64,000 bases of DNA from Kineosporiaceae bacterium (GTDB lineage Bacteria > Actinomycetota > Actinomycetes > Actinomycetales > Kineosporiaceae): assembly GCA_035474375.1 (NCBI GenBank), contig DATINJ010000382.1:2068-66067 (forward strand). Reading direction: 5' to 3'. The notes below the pieces were generated by a model. That model made no database searches. It saw nothing but the letters and a program-made list of their open reading frames with translations, and was not told the origin of the DNA. Position numbers and translations under genes: made by a program. Positions 56,326-64,000 of the stretch are shown in pieces (position 1 is the stretch's first letter; each line of letters starts with the position of its first letter).

Positions 56326-56837
56326 ACCGGCGATCCGAGAGCCAGCAATCGATGAACCGGCGATCCGCTGACCGGGGCAACGACGACGGGCAGATCCTTC
56401 CGCTGGTGATCGCCTACGTGCTGATTGCGTTTGCTCTGGTCGTCGTCGCTGTGAACATCACCGCGGTACACCTTCAGCGACAACGGTTGTTCTCGCTGGC
56501 CGACGCGGCTGCGCTGGATGCGGCCGATGCCTTGGATCGGTCCCGGTTCTATTCCCAGGGCGCGCAAACCGTATCTGGTGATGCGGCGGTGGCCGTTCCG
56601 CTGACAGACCTGACCGTGCGCTCCAGCGCAGAGCGATACGTGGTGGCTGCAGCGCCCTTGGCCAGGGTCGCGGACGTCGCGGTAGATCGGCCCACTGGCT
56701 CGCCCGACGGGGTGACGGCCGAGGTCACCCTGGTCGGACGGGCCACCTTGCCGCTGTTCAGCTTTGCTTCCGTGCGGTGGTCAGATGGCGTTCCGCTCCG
56801 GGCGACCGCACGGGCCCGGGCGCGCGTCTCGCCCTGA
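56322..56837 (+). CDS. TadG / Rv3654c-like pilus assembly protein
   Basis: ATGA overlap with the previous gene. N-terminal hydrophobic helix QILPLVIAYVLIAFALVVVAV. A duplicated ATGAACCGGCGATCCG occurs at 56322 and 56352. Confidence 0.65.
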   Translation: MNRRSESQQSMNRRSADRGNDDGQILPLVIAYVLIAFALVVVAVNITAVHLQRQRLFSLADAAALDAADALDRSRFYSQGAQTVSGDAAVAVPLTDLTVRSSAERYVVAAAPLARVADVAVDRPTGSPDGVTAEVTLVGRATLPLFSFASVRWSDGVPLRATARARARVSP

Positions 56838-57135
56838 TCTGCTCTCGGCGTCGCTGCGGATCCGGTCCCGGTGCGGAACCGTTCACTCGTGCCCTCCGGC
56901 CTCCCGGTTCGGCGCCGAAGACGAACATGATGGTCGGGGTGTGACCGGAAAACGAGACGCTGATGACCCCCGGAAGTTTCAGGACGCAGCGCCGAGCCAA
57001 CTCGTACTGCTGAAGACCGGCCTCGAGAAAGACCACCACGGCCTGTCGCCCGTCCGAGGTGGGTGGCATTCGAGCGGCATGGTGCACGACGACGCCGCAT
57101 CGTCGTAAGTGCGCCTGGATATGACGCGCTTCCAT
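56758..57135 (-). CDS. Possible small protein, Lrp/AsnC-ligand-binding (RAM)-like fold by eye
   Basis: This is the only protein-like frame in 56860-57135 (MEARHIQAHLRRCGVVVHHAA...VVVFLEAGLQQYELARRCVLKLPGVISVSFSGHTPTIMFVF). GC3 is only moderate, and the 3-prime 80 nt overlap the convergent tadG-like gene. Confidence 0.3.
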   Translation of the reverse strand: MEARHIQAHLRRCGVVVHHAARMPPTSDGRQAVVVFLEAGLQQYELARRCVLKLPGVISVSFSGHTPTIMFVFGAEPGGRRARVNGSAPGPDPQRRREQIRARRAPGPVRSPGAERHLTTARKQS

Positions 57136-57172
57136 CGGCGGATCCCTTCTGATGGCTCGCCTCGTCCGCGCA

Positions 57173-57268
57173 GGGAGCAGCTTCCGAGTGGAGTGGTCTC
57201 CCGAGTGGGAGCGGTCTCCGAGCGAGAGCGGTCTCCGAGCGGGAGCAACTTCCGAGCGGGAGCGACGG
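57173..57268. repeat. 5.6 x 17-bp tandem repeat (GGGAGCGGTCTCCGAGC)
   Basis: Units at 57173, 57190, 57207, 57224 and 57241, plus a partial unit at 57258. Confidence 0.9.
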
Positions 57269-57478
57269 CACTGTCGAGGCGCATGATCGGTTGGGTGAAC
57301 GGGTGGAGGGCCCCGACCCACCAGGACGTGGAGGGCGTCGACCGATGGGCCGGGACCGGCCTGTGTCGATTCAGCTATTTGCCGATCGATTCGTGAAATT
57401 ACCTTAGCGTTTCGGATATACCTGAATCAACCCGGATGGCGGTGTGTCCGTGGGGGTTGTTCTCCCTACGGTCAGCTC

Positions 57479-57721
57479 ATGCCCGACTTGGCAGCCATCG
57501 TGGCGCGGAACGTGCGTGCCGAACGCGCGCGTCGCTCCTGGCGGCAAGTTGATCTTGCCGATCGAATGGGTTGGTCGATCGGCATGGTCAGTGAGACCGA
57601 GAACGGAAAGCGCCGGATCGGCATCGCCGACATGCCGCTGCTCTGCCGGGCGCTAGAGGTGCCGTTGGCGGACTTGGTGGCCGGCGCTGACCGCGAGGAT
57701 CTCGCCGCGCTCAGGTTGTAA
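57479..57721 (+). CDS. XRE-family helix-turn-helix transcriptional regulator
   Basis: 80 aa. IVARNVRAERARRSWRQVDLADRMGWSIGMVSETENGKR is a classic Cro/C1 HTH. An AT-richer promoter-like stretch lies upstream. Confidence 0.75.
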   Translation: MPDLAAIVARNVRAERARRSWRQVDLADRMGWSIGMVSETENGKRRIGIADMPLLCRALEVPLADLVAGADREDLAALRL

Positions 57722-57781
57722 GCGTCGAGAGCGCAGTCGCCGCAGCCCAGCGGCCGGTGGCTGTCTCAGATTGAAGCCCAA

Positions 57782-57814
57782 CCGCGCGTCCAGGGCTGAA
57801 ATCAGGACGCGCGG
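57782..57814 (+). terminator. Perfect 10-bp stem hairpin downstream of the XRE gene
   Basis: CCGCGCGTCC-13 nt loop-GGACGCGCGG. Confidence 0.55.
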
Positions 57815-58028
57815 CCGGGTGTATGTAGGCCCCCGCCGAGCGGCCACAGTCAGATGGCGAGGTCTGTGGGCCGCTCAATTACTCGAGAGTAACCTCTGGC
57901 GGTCCTTCCGCCTTGTGGGTTATGCCACACCGGTTTGACGGGTGTCCCGGCTGGGCGGATCGGGCTGCGAGGCCGCCAGTCGGTGCCGAGGCAGTCGAGA
58001 TCGTTCAGAACGCGTACGCTCGGGGACC

Positions 58029-59144
58029 GTGGCTGCCGTCGACTTCCCCGCCGAGATCCGTAAACTCCGCATCACCCTGGAGTCGATCCTCAACGTCAGC
58101 GATCTTGACGGGATGCGGAAGCAGATCGAAGAGCTGTCCGAGAGCGCATCCGCGCCGGACCTGTGGGACGACCCGGAGAAGGCTCAGGTCGTCACCAGCA
58201 AGCTCTCGCATCTGCAGTCCGAACTGGACCGTCTGACCCGGATGAGCAGCCGGGTCGATGACCTCGAGGTGCTGATCGAGCTGGCCGAGGGGGAGGACGA
58301 CGCCGAAACCCTGGCCGAGGCCGAGAACGAGCTGGTCGCGCTGCGCAAGGCGCTCGGCGAGCTGGAGGTCCGCACCCTGCTGTCCGGCGAGTACGACGCT
58401 CGGGAGGCCGTGGTCACGATCCGGGCCGAGGCCGGTGGCATCGATGCCGCGGACTTCGCCCAGATGCTGCTGCGGATGTACCTGCGCTGGGCCGAGCGGC
58501 ACGGTTACGGCTCCGATGTCTACGACACCTCCTACGCGGAGGAGGCCGGGATCAAGTCCGCGACCTTCAAGGTCTCGGCCCCGTACGCCTACGGCACGCT
58601 CTCGGTCGAGCAGGGCACGCACCGGTTGGTCCGGATCAGCCCGTTCGACAACCAGGGCCGCCGGCAAACCTCCTTCGCGGGCGTCGAGGTGCTTCCGGTG
58701 GTGGAGGAGACCGATCACATCGAGATTCCGGAGAACGACCTGCGAGTGGATGTGTACCGCTCCTCCGGCCCCGGCGGGCAGAGCGTCAACACCACCGACT
58801 CCGCGGTCCGGCTCACCCACATTCCGACCGGTGTCGTCGTGACCTGCCAGAACGAGAAGTCACAGCTGCAGAACAAGGTCTCCGCCATGCGGGTTCTGCA
58901 GGCGAAGCTGCTGGATCGTGCTCGACGCGAACGGCAGGCCGAGCTGGACTCGCTGAAAGGTGACGGTGGGTCGAGCTGGGGCAACCAGATGCGCTCCTAC
59001 GTGTTGCACCCGTATCAGATGGTCAAGGATCTCCGGACGGAGTACGAGACCGGCAACACGTCCGGCGTCTTCGACGGCGAGATCGACGAGTTCCTCGAGT
59101 CGGGCATCCGCTGGCGCAGGACCTCGGAAGACCCCCAGACCTAG
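58029..59144 (+). CDS. prfB: Peptide chain release factor 2 (no programmed frameshift)
   Basis: Start set at the GTG 58029 ([13 protein letters not shown]). SPF and GGQ motifs (SGPGGQSVN). Contiguous frame. Confidence 0.93.
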   Translation: MAAVDFPAEIRKLRITLESILNVSDLDGMRKQIEELSESASAPDLWDDPEKAQVVTSKLSHLQSELDRLTRMSSRVDDLEVLIELAEGEDDAETLAEAENELVALRKALGELEVRTLLSGEYDAREAVVTIRAEAGGIDAADFAQMLLRMYLRWAERHGYGSDVYDTSYAEEAGIKSATFKVSAPYAYGTLSVEQGTHRLVRISPFDNQGRRQTSFAGVEVLPVVEETDHIEIPENDLRVDVYRSSGPGGQSVNTTDSAVRLTHIPTGVVVTCQNEKSQLQNKVSAMRVLQAKLLDRARRERQAELDSLKGDGGSSWGNQMRSYVLHPYQMVKDLRTEYETGNTSGVFDGEIDEFLESGIRWRRTSEDPQT

Positions 59145-59160
59145 GCGCTTTGGAAGCGCC
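59144..59160 (+). terminator. Short hairpin overlapping the prfB stop codon
   Basis: GGCGCTT-tgg-AAGCGCC. Confidence 0.4.
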
Positions 59161-59303
59161 GTGCGGGCGTCGGACGCGGCACCGACGCACCGCAGCGCCG
59201 CTGTCGACGGTCTCGTTGTCAGGGGCATCCAGGTTGAGTGTCTAGACTCGCCACGGCCGTGAAATCTGCCCCCAGTCCCCGATAGCGGTCGAGGTATCAA
59301 CCA

Positions 59304-59993
59304 GTGATCCGATTCGACGAAGTCACTAAGGTCTATGCCGGCACCCAGCGTCCCGCCCTAAGCCAGGTCAGTCTCGAGGTAACGAAGGGGGAGTTCGTCT
59401 TCCTCGTCGGCACCTCCGGCTCCGGGAAGTCCACCTTCCTCCGGCTTGTGCTCAAGGAGGAGAAGGCCACCAAGGGCATCGTCCGGGTGTCCGGCAAGGA
59501 CGTCGCCAAGCTGTCCAGCTGGAAGGTGCCGCATCTGCGCCGGACCATCGGCGTGGTGTTCCAGGATTTCCGGTTGCTGCCAAACAAGACCGTCTTCGAG
59601 AACGTCGCGTTCGCCTTGCAGGTGATCGGCAAGCCTCGGCACGCGATCTCGCACACCGTTCCAGAGGTGCTCGAGCTGGTCGGTCTGGAAGGCAAGGAGG
59701 CCCGCTTCCCGCACGAGCTGTCCGGCGGTGAGCAGCAGCGAGTCGCGATCGCCCGAGCCTTCGTCAACCGGCCGGCAATCCTGCTTGCCGACGAGCCGAC
59801 CGGAAACCTTGACCCAACCACGAGCGGTGGCATCATGCGCCTGCTTGATCGGATCAACAAGACCGGGACGACGATCGTGATGGCTACTCACGACTCCGAG
59901 CTCGTCGACTCGATGCGCAAGCGTGTCATCGAGCTTCAGGACGGCAAGAAGATCCGCGACCAGGACCGCGGGGTCTACGGATACTCCCGCTGA
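59304..59993 (+). CDS. ftsE: Cell division ABC transporter ATP-binding protein FtsE
   Basis: GTG start. Walker [10 protein letters not shown], signature LSGGEQQR, Walker [10 protein letters not shown]. Confidence 0.95.
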   Translation: MIRFDEVTKVYAGTQRPALSQVSLEVTKGEFVFLVGTSGSGKSTFLRLVLKEEKATKGIVRVSGKDVAKLSSWKVPHLRRTIGVVFQDFRLLPNKTVFENVAFALQVIGKPRHAISHTVPEVLELVGLEGKEARFPHELSGGEQQRVAIARAFVNRPAILLADEPTGNLDPTTSGGIMRLLDRINKTGTTIVMATHDSELVDSMRKRVIELQDGKKIRDQDRGVYGYSR

Positions 59994-60061
59994 CCGATGT
60001 CGGCGGCTACTTCCGGCTAACTCCTAGAACGCTGAGCTGCCTAATTTGCTGAGAAGGGTCC

Positions 60062-60976
60062 ATGCGCCTCCAGTTCATCTTCGACGAGATCGTCGTCGGC
60101 CTTCGCCGTAACGTGGCGATGGCCGTCTCGGTCGTGCTTGTCACTGTCGTGTCCTTGTTCCTGCTCGGCCTCGGATTCCTCGCCCAGCGGCAGGTCGACA
60201 CGATGAAGGACTATTGGTACGACCGTATCCAGGTCTCGATCTTCCTGTGTGGCGCTGATTCCGATTCCGCCACGTGTACGGATGGTGAGGTCACCCAGAC
60301 CCAGAAAGATCAGATCAAGAGCACGCTGGCTTCTCCGCAATTAGCCAGTTACGTGAAGCAGGTCTATTTCGAGTCCAAGCAGGAAGCCTTCGACCGATTT
60401 AAGTCGCAGTTCAAGGACAGCGTGCTGTCCAACAACGTGACGGTCGACCAGATGCCCGAGTCCTACCGGGTTCAGCTGAACAATCCTAAAGACTACGACG
60501 TAGTCGCACAGCTGGTCACGGACAAGCCTGGAGTCGAGTCCGTGGAGGACCAGAACCAGGTGCTGGACCGGCTCTTTGCGCTGCTCAACCGGTTGAAGTA
60601 CTACTCCTGGATGCTGGCCGGGGTGACCCTGATCTGTTCGGTGCTGCTGGTGGCCACCACGATCCGGCTGACCGCGTTCACCCGGCGCCGAGAGACCGGA
60701 ATCATGCGCCTGGTCGGGGCGTCCAATTTCTTCATCCAATTGCCATTCATTCTGGAAAGCATGATTGCGGCTGCTATCGGCGCCACTCTGGCGTCGGTGG
60801 CGCTGGTCTCGCTGACGCATTTCGAAATTCAGGGACGACTCGCGAAATCCCTCAAATTCGTCAATTATGTGACAACCGGGGACGCATTGATGATCGTTCC
60901 TTGGCTATTCTTCATTGGATTGTTCATTGCTGGCGTGTCGGCGTTCATCGCGTTGATGAAGTACCTCAAGGTGTAG
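60062..60976 (+). CDS. ftsX: Cell division permease-like protein FtsX
   Basis: 304 aa with a large extracellular loop and 4 TM helices. Directly downstream of ftsE. Confidence 0.9.
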   Translation: MRLQFIFDEIVVGLRRNVAMAVSVVLVTVVSLFLLGLGFLAQRQVDTMKDYWYDRIQVSIFLCGADSDSATCTDGEVTQTQKDQIKSTLASPQLASYVKQVYFESKQEAFDRFKSQFKDSVLSNNVTVDQMPESYRVQLNNPKDYDVVAQLVTDKPGVESVEDQNQVLDRLFALLNRLKYYSWMLAGVTLICSVLLVATTIRLTAFTRRRETGIMRLVGASNFFIQLPFILESMIAAAIGATLASVALVSLTHFEIQGRLAKSLKFVNYVTTGDALMIVPWLFFIGLFIAGVSAFIALMKYLKV

Positions 60977-61081
60977 CCATCTCCTCGTCCTGCTGAGCCG
61001 ATCGGCCGCACGATCGGCATCGCGTTGGCCTGTCCAGCTCGCGCGACCTGTGGTCGGAGGTGACAGCCGACAGGAGCACAG

Positions 61082-62470
61082 ATGAACGTCACGCCCGGCC
61101 TTGCTCTCGCCATGAGTGGGGCTGGTGGTCGGTCCGAGCACAGTGGGCGAGTCGGGCGGGCCGGGCTGGATGGGCTGCGTGGGCGGGCTGGGCGTGGCGG
61201 GGGATCATGGCGGCGAGCGTTGCCCGCCGTGTCGGCGCTCGGTCTCGGACTCTTCCTGGTCGGTGGCCTGCTCGCGGCGCCGGCCTCCGCGGACAATGCG
61301 TCCGATCGCAAGCAGACTCTCGACCGCCAGCTCGATGATCTTCGGGAAACTCTGGAGGGGACGTCGAAAAGCCTCGTTGACGCAGCGGTCAACCTTGAGC
61401 GGGCGCAGAGCGAACTGGTCGATGCGAACGCGAAGCTGGCCTCGGCTCGTGCGGCGGTGGCCGCGGCTGCCACCCGGGACCGGGAACTGGCAGGTCGGCT
61501 GGCCGTTGCGGAGGCGGCTGCGGCCAAGGCCGGACGCGAGCTGGATTCCGGTCGACAGCTTGAGGCGGACACCCGTGATCGGCTCGGCCGTATCGCCCGG
61601 GAGGAGTATGTCAATTCCGGTCTCTCTGGCCTCTCCATTGCCCTGAATGCGGAGGACCCCGCCCAGTTCGCCGACCGAGTAAACGTCGTCGGAACCGCCC
61701 TGCGGCGGCAGAACGGTGCGATTTTCCGGATTGAGGTGCAGCAGGCCGACACTCGCGCCCGGCAGGCTCGGCTGACCGCCGCGCAGATCGAGGTGGCCGA
61801 CCTGAAGCGGCAGTCCGAGTTGCTCCTCAGCCAGCGCAAGAACGCTGAACGGGACGCCGAGACTGCTGCGAGCGAGGTGAGTGACCTGGTGGCGCTGAAG
61901 ACCCGGTCGGTGCAGACCATCACCGCCCGCAAGTCGGACGAGAAGAAGCGGATCGCTGCGCTGCAGGTTCAGCAGGACCGGCTGGCCGCGCTGCTGCGGG
62001 TACGAGCGAAAGCCAGGGCCGGGGCCGATCGGCGCTTGGCCAGCCGCAGCGGTGGCCGGTCCACGCCGAGCAACGGATCCGGGCGGCTGTCCTACCCGGT
62101 CAACGCCCCGATCACCTCTGGTTTCGGGTATCGGTACCACCCGATCCTGCATTACTCCCGGCTGCATGCCGGCGTTGACTTCGGCGCGGCCTGTGGGACG
62201 CCGGTGCTGGCGGCCGCACCGGGGACGATCGTCCGGGCGGGAGGCGCGGGCGGGTACGGCAATCAGGTCGTCATCGATCACGGATCGATGCGTGGCCAGC
62301 AGGTGGCGACGTCGTACAACCACCTGAGCCGATTCGTGGTCCGGTCCGGTCCGGTGCGACGCGGCCAACTGATCGCCTATTCCGGGACCACGGGTCTGTC
62401 CACCGGCTGTCATCTGCACTTCGAGGTCTACGTCAGTGGCACCCACGTCAACCCGATGAGCTGGCTCTAG
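61082..62470 (+). CDS. Coiled-coil + M23 (LytM) peptidoglycan metalloendopeptidase (PcsB/EnvC-like architecture)
   Basis: AGGAG RBS. Tat-like SWRRALPAV...ASA signal and a long coiled coil. M23 motifs HAGVDF and HLHFEV. Confidence 0.88.
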   Translation: MNVTPGLALAMSGAGGRSEHSGRVGRAGLDGLRGRAGRGGGSWRRALPAVSALGLGLFLVGGLLAAPASADNASDRKQTLDRQLDDLRETLEGTSKSLVDAAVNLERAQSELVDANAKLASARAAVAAAATRDRELAGRLAVAEAAAAKAGRELDSGRQLEADTRDRLGRIAREEYVNSGLSGLSIALNAEDPAQFADRVNVVGTALRRQNGAIFRIEVQQADTRARQARLTAAQIEVADLKRQSELLLSQRKNAERDAETAASEVSDLVALKTRSVQTITARKSDEKKRIAALQVQQDRLAALLRVRAKARAGADRRLASRSGGRSTPSNGSGRLSYPVNAPITSGFGYRYHPILHYSRLHAGVDFGAACGTPVLAAAPGTIVRAGGAGGYGNQVVIDHGSMRGQQVATSYNHLSRFVVRSGPVRRGQLIAYSGTTGLSTGCHLHFEVYVSGTHVNPMSWL

Positions 62471-62578
62471 AGCCTGTCCTGGTGGGCAGCGATTAACTCG
62501 TTGGGTGCCGGGGGCCGAGGTCTCTAGACTGATCCCTCCAGCCGAGGCTGATCCATTAGCCGATGAAGGGGTGTCGCA

Positions 62579-63049
62579 GTGCCCAGGGAGACCGGTCGCA
62601 AGGTCGTCGCGACCAATCGCAAGGCTCGGCACGACTATCTCATCGAAGACGTGTACGAGGCCGGCCTTGTGCTGACCGGTACCGAGGTGAAGGCCTTGCG
62701 AGCCGGCCGAGCGTCGTTGGTCGATGGTTTCGGCACGATCTCTAACGGGGAGGCCTGGCTGGAAGGCGTTCACATCCCCGAGTACAGCCAGGGCACCTGG
62801 AACAACCACGCTCCCCGGCGCCGGCGCAAGCTGCTGCTGCACCGCGACGAGATCCAGCGAATCCTGCTCGACACGCGGGAGAGCGGGCACACGTTGGTGC
62901 CGCTGCAGCTGTACTTCCTGAACGGCCGAGCCAAGATCGAAATCGCTGTCGCCAAGGGTAAGAAGAATTACGACAAGCGGCAGACGCTGCGCGAACGCCA
63001 GGACAAGCGCGAGTCCGACCGGGCGATGTCGGCCCGCCGGAACCGCTGA
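62579..63049 (+). CDS. smpB: SsrA-binding protein SmpB
   Basis: GTG start with a [42 protein letters not shown] is typical of the family. Confidence 0.93.
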   Translation: MPRETGRKVVATNRKARHDYLIEDVYEAGLVLTGTEVKALRAGRASLVDGFGTISNGEAWLEGVHIPEYSQGTWNNHAPRRRRKLLLHRDEIQRILLDTRESGHTLVPLQLYFLNGRAKIEIAVAKGKKNYDKRQTLRERQDKRESDRAMSARRNR

Positions 63050-63155
63050 AGCGGCCTAGACGTCGTGATCTGATCCGGCACCCCGGGCGGCTTTCTCGGC
63101 CGTGACAAGGTGCTTTTCCTGCCTGATCACGGGTGGGGTTGCGTACTCTGTGGCC

Positions 63156-64000
63156 GTGTCGGGATCTCGTACGCCGCTACGCGCGGCCAGGGTGTTCTCC
63201 GTAGCGCTGCTGGCAGTCGGCTGGACGCTGCTCACCGCGGTCGATGGCCAGGCCGAGGTCAGTGCCGGTGCGGTGGCTGCTCCCCGGGCGTTCGACAGCT
63301 GGGATGAGCAGATCACCAAGTACGCCGTCGACCTGATGGTGAAGCCCGACGGGTCGATGCACGTCAAAGAGACGATTGACTACGATTTCGACACCTCGCA
63401 CAAGCACGGGATCAAGCGGGAGATCCCGGTGCAGTTCGACTACAGCAAGACGCAGATTCGCGAGTATCCGATCGACAACATCAAGGTCTCCAGCCCGACC
63501 GGAGCGCCGGCCGAGCTGAACAAGGACATCGGCGCTTACGCCACGCTCCAGATCGGTGATCCGGACAACGACAATGTCACGGGCAAGCAGACCTATGTCA
63601 TCGACTATGACCTCGAGGGCGTCGTCAACTCGTTCGCCGACCATCAGGAGCTGTACTGGAACGCGATTGGTGACGAGTGGTCGGTCCCGATCCTGGGCGC
63701 CACCGCGCGGGTCGAGGGTCCGGCGGCGATCCAGAAGGTGGCCTGCTTCGAGGGGGTGCAGGGCAGCACCGATACCTGCACCGGGACGATCGACAAAGCC
63801 GGCACTGCCACCTTCGTCGGCGCTGACCTCAATCCGAGTCAGGGGATGACGGTCGTGGCCTCGTTCCCGACAGGCACTTTCCCGAACGCAGCGCCGATCC
63901 TGAAGGAGAAGCAAACCCTGCAGCGGGCGTTCTCGCTCACCCCGGTAACCGGCGCCGGCTCGCTCGCGCTGCTCGGCTTGCTCGGTGGGAGTGCGTTCGC
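63156..64000 (+). CDS. DUF2207-like secreted/membrane protein (5-prime partial, runs off the window)
   Basis: Not in the ORF track because there is no stop within the window. GTG 63156 (or 63150), signal peptide, then ITKYAVDLMVKPDGSMHVKETIDYDF, typical of DUF2207. Confidence 0.7.
   Translation, partial: MSGSRTPLRAARVFSVALLAVGWTLLTAVDGQAEVSAGAVAAPRAFDSWDEQITKYAVDLMVKPDGSMHVKETIDYDFDTSHKHGIKREIPVQFDYSKTQIREYPIDNIKVSSPTGAPAELNKDIGAYATLQIGDPDNDNVTGKQTYVIDYDLEGVVNSFADHQELYWNAIGDEWSVPILGATARVEGPAAIQKVACFEGVQGSTDTCTGTIDKAGTATFVGADLNPSQGMTVVASFPTGTFPNAAPILKEKQTLQRAFSLTPVTGAGSLALLGLLGGSAF

Noticed and set aside
58104-58109. Programmed +1 frameshift site expected in many prfB genes (CTT TGA C)
   Set aside because: The sequence reads GAT CTT GAC in a single continuous frame, so there is no in-frame TGA. 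This RF2 gene is of the non-frameshifting type.
59237-59247. TCTAGAC-containing motifs upstream of ftsE (59237-59247) and smpB (62519-62530) as shared promoter elements
   Set aside because: TAGACT fits the loose actinobacterial -10 pattern TANNNT. However, no consistent -35 or spacing could be defined, and two occurrences are insufficient.
61205-62890. 561-aa minus-strand ORF spanning the M23 peptidase and smpB genes
   Set aside because: It crosses an intergenic region and two well-supported plus-strand genes, and has an artefactual composition.
63050-63155. tmRNA (ssrA), which often follows smpB
   Set aside because: Only about 100 nt separate smpB from the DUF2207-like gene. No tRNA-like acceptor/T-arm or tag-reading-frame features were seen. 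ssrA must lie elsewhere.

Overview
High-GC (about 70% G+C by eye) actinobacterial chromosomal segment. Gene order follows the conserved Streptomyces/Mycobacterium core block: ahcY, a MoxR/DUF58 membrane module, mtrA-mtrB-lpqB-comF-hpf, secA, an Rv3235-like/LysM pair, HTH + SAF + TadZ(Ssd)-like genes, a lipid operon (WS/DGAT-patatin), the large NAD-GDH, pdtaS, whiB1, an anti-sigma/SigB-type sigma pair, an FHA-EssC/EccC-like triple ATPase, cpaF-tadB-tadC-flp-tadE/G, then prfB-ftsE-ftsX-M23 peptidase-smpB. I recognised no rRNA, tRNA, tmRNA, CRISPR array, transposase or integrase. Many long ORFs in the six-frame track are antisense or out-of-frame artefacts of high GC and were not called. Several starts were moved downstream of the track ORF using RBS position, 4-nt ATGA/GTGA stop-start overlaps and family-typical N-termini. 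Such overlaps are frequent and define tight operons. Main observations follow. (1) Five perfect copies plus one 8/9 copy of the AT-rich 9-mer TTATCCACA (the canonical DnaA box, usually followed by G) lie only in three divergent promoter regions. These serve the LysM/hypothetical pair, the HTH/SAF-TadZ pair and the EssC-like/cpaF-tad pair, which points to a shared regulon or DnaA-box clusters. (2) The Tad/Ssd pilus-like locus is split by about 22 kb of core genes. (3) An orphan FHA + 3xFtsK-domain T7SS-type ATPase has Lys-to-Arg P-loops in domains 2 and 3, is translationally coupled to a GNAT gene and is divergent from cpaF. (4) The whiB1 locus has unusually long, lower-GC non-coding flanks with a CRP-type site. 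(5) There are many unrelated minisatellites (6, 15, 17, 20, 25-27 and 39 bp units) and a REP-like palindromic element present twice. All functional links are inferences from sequence reading, since no searches could be run.
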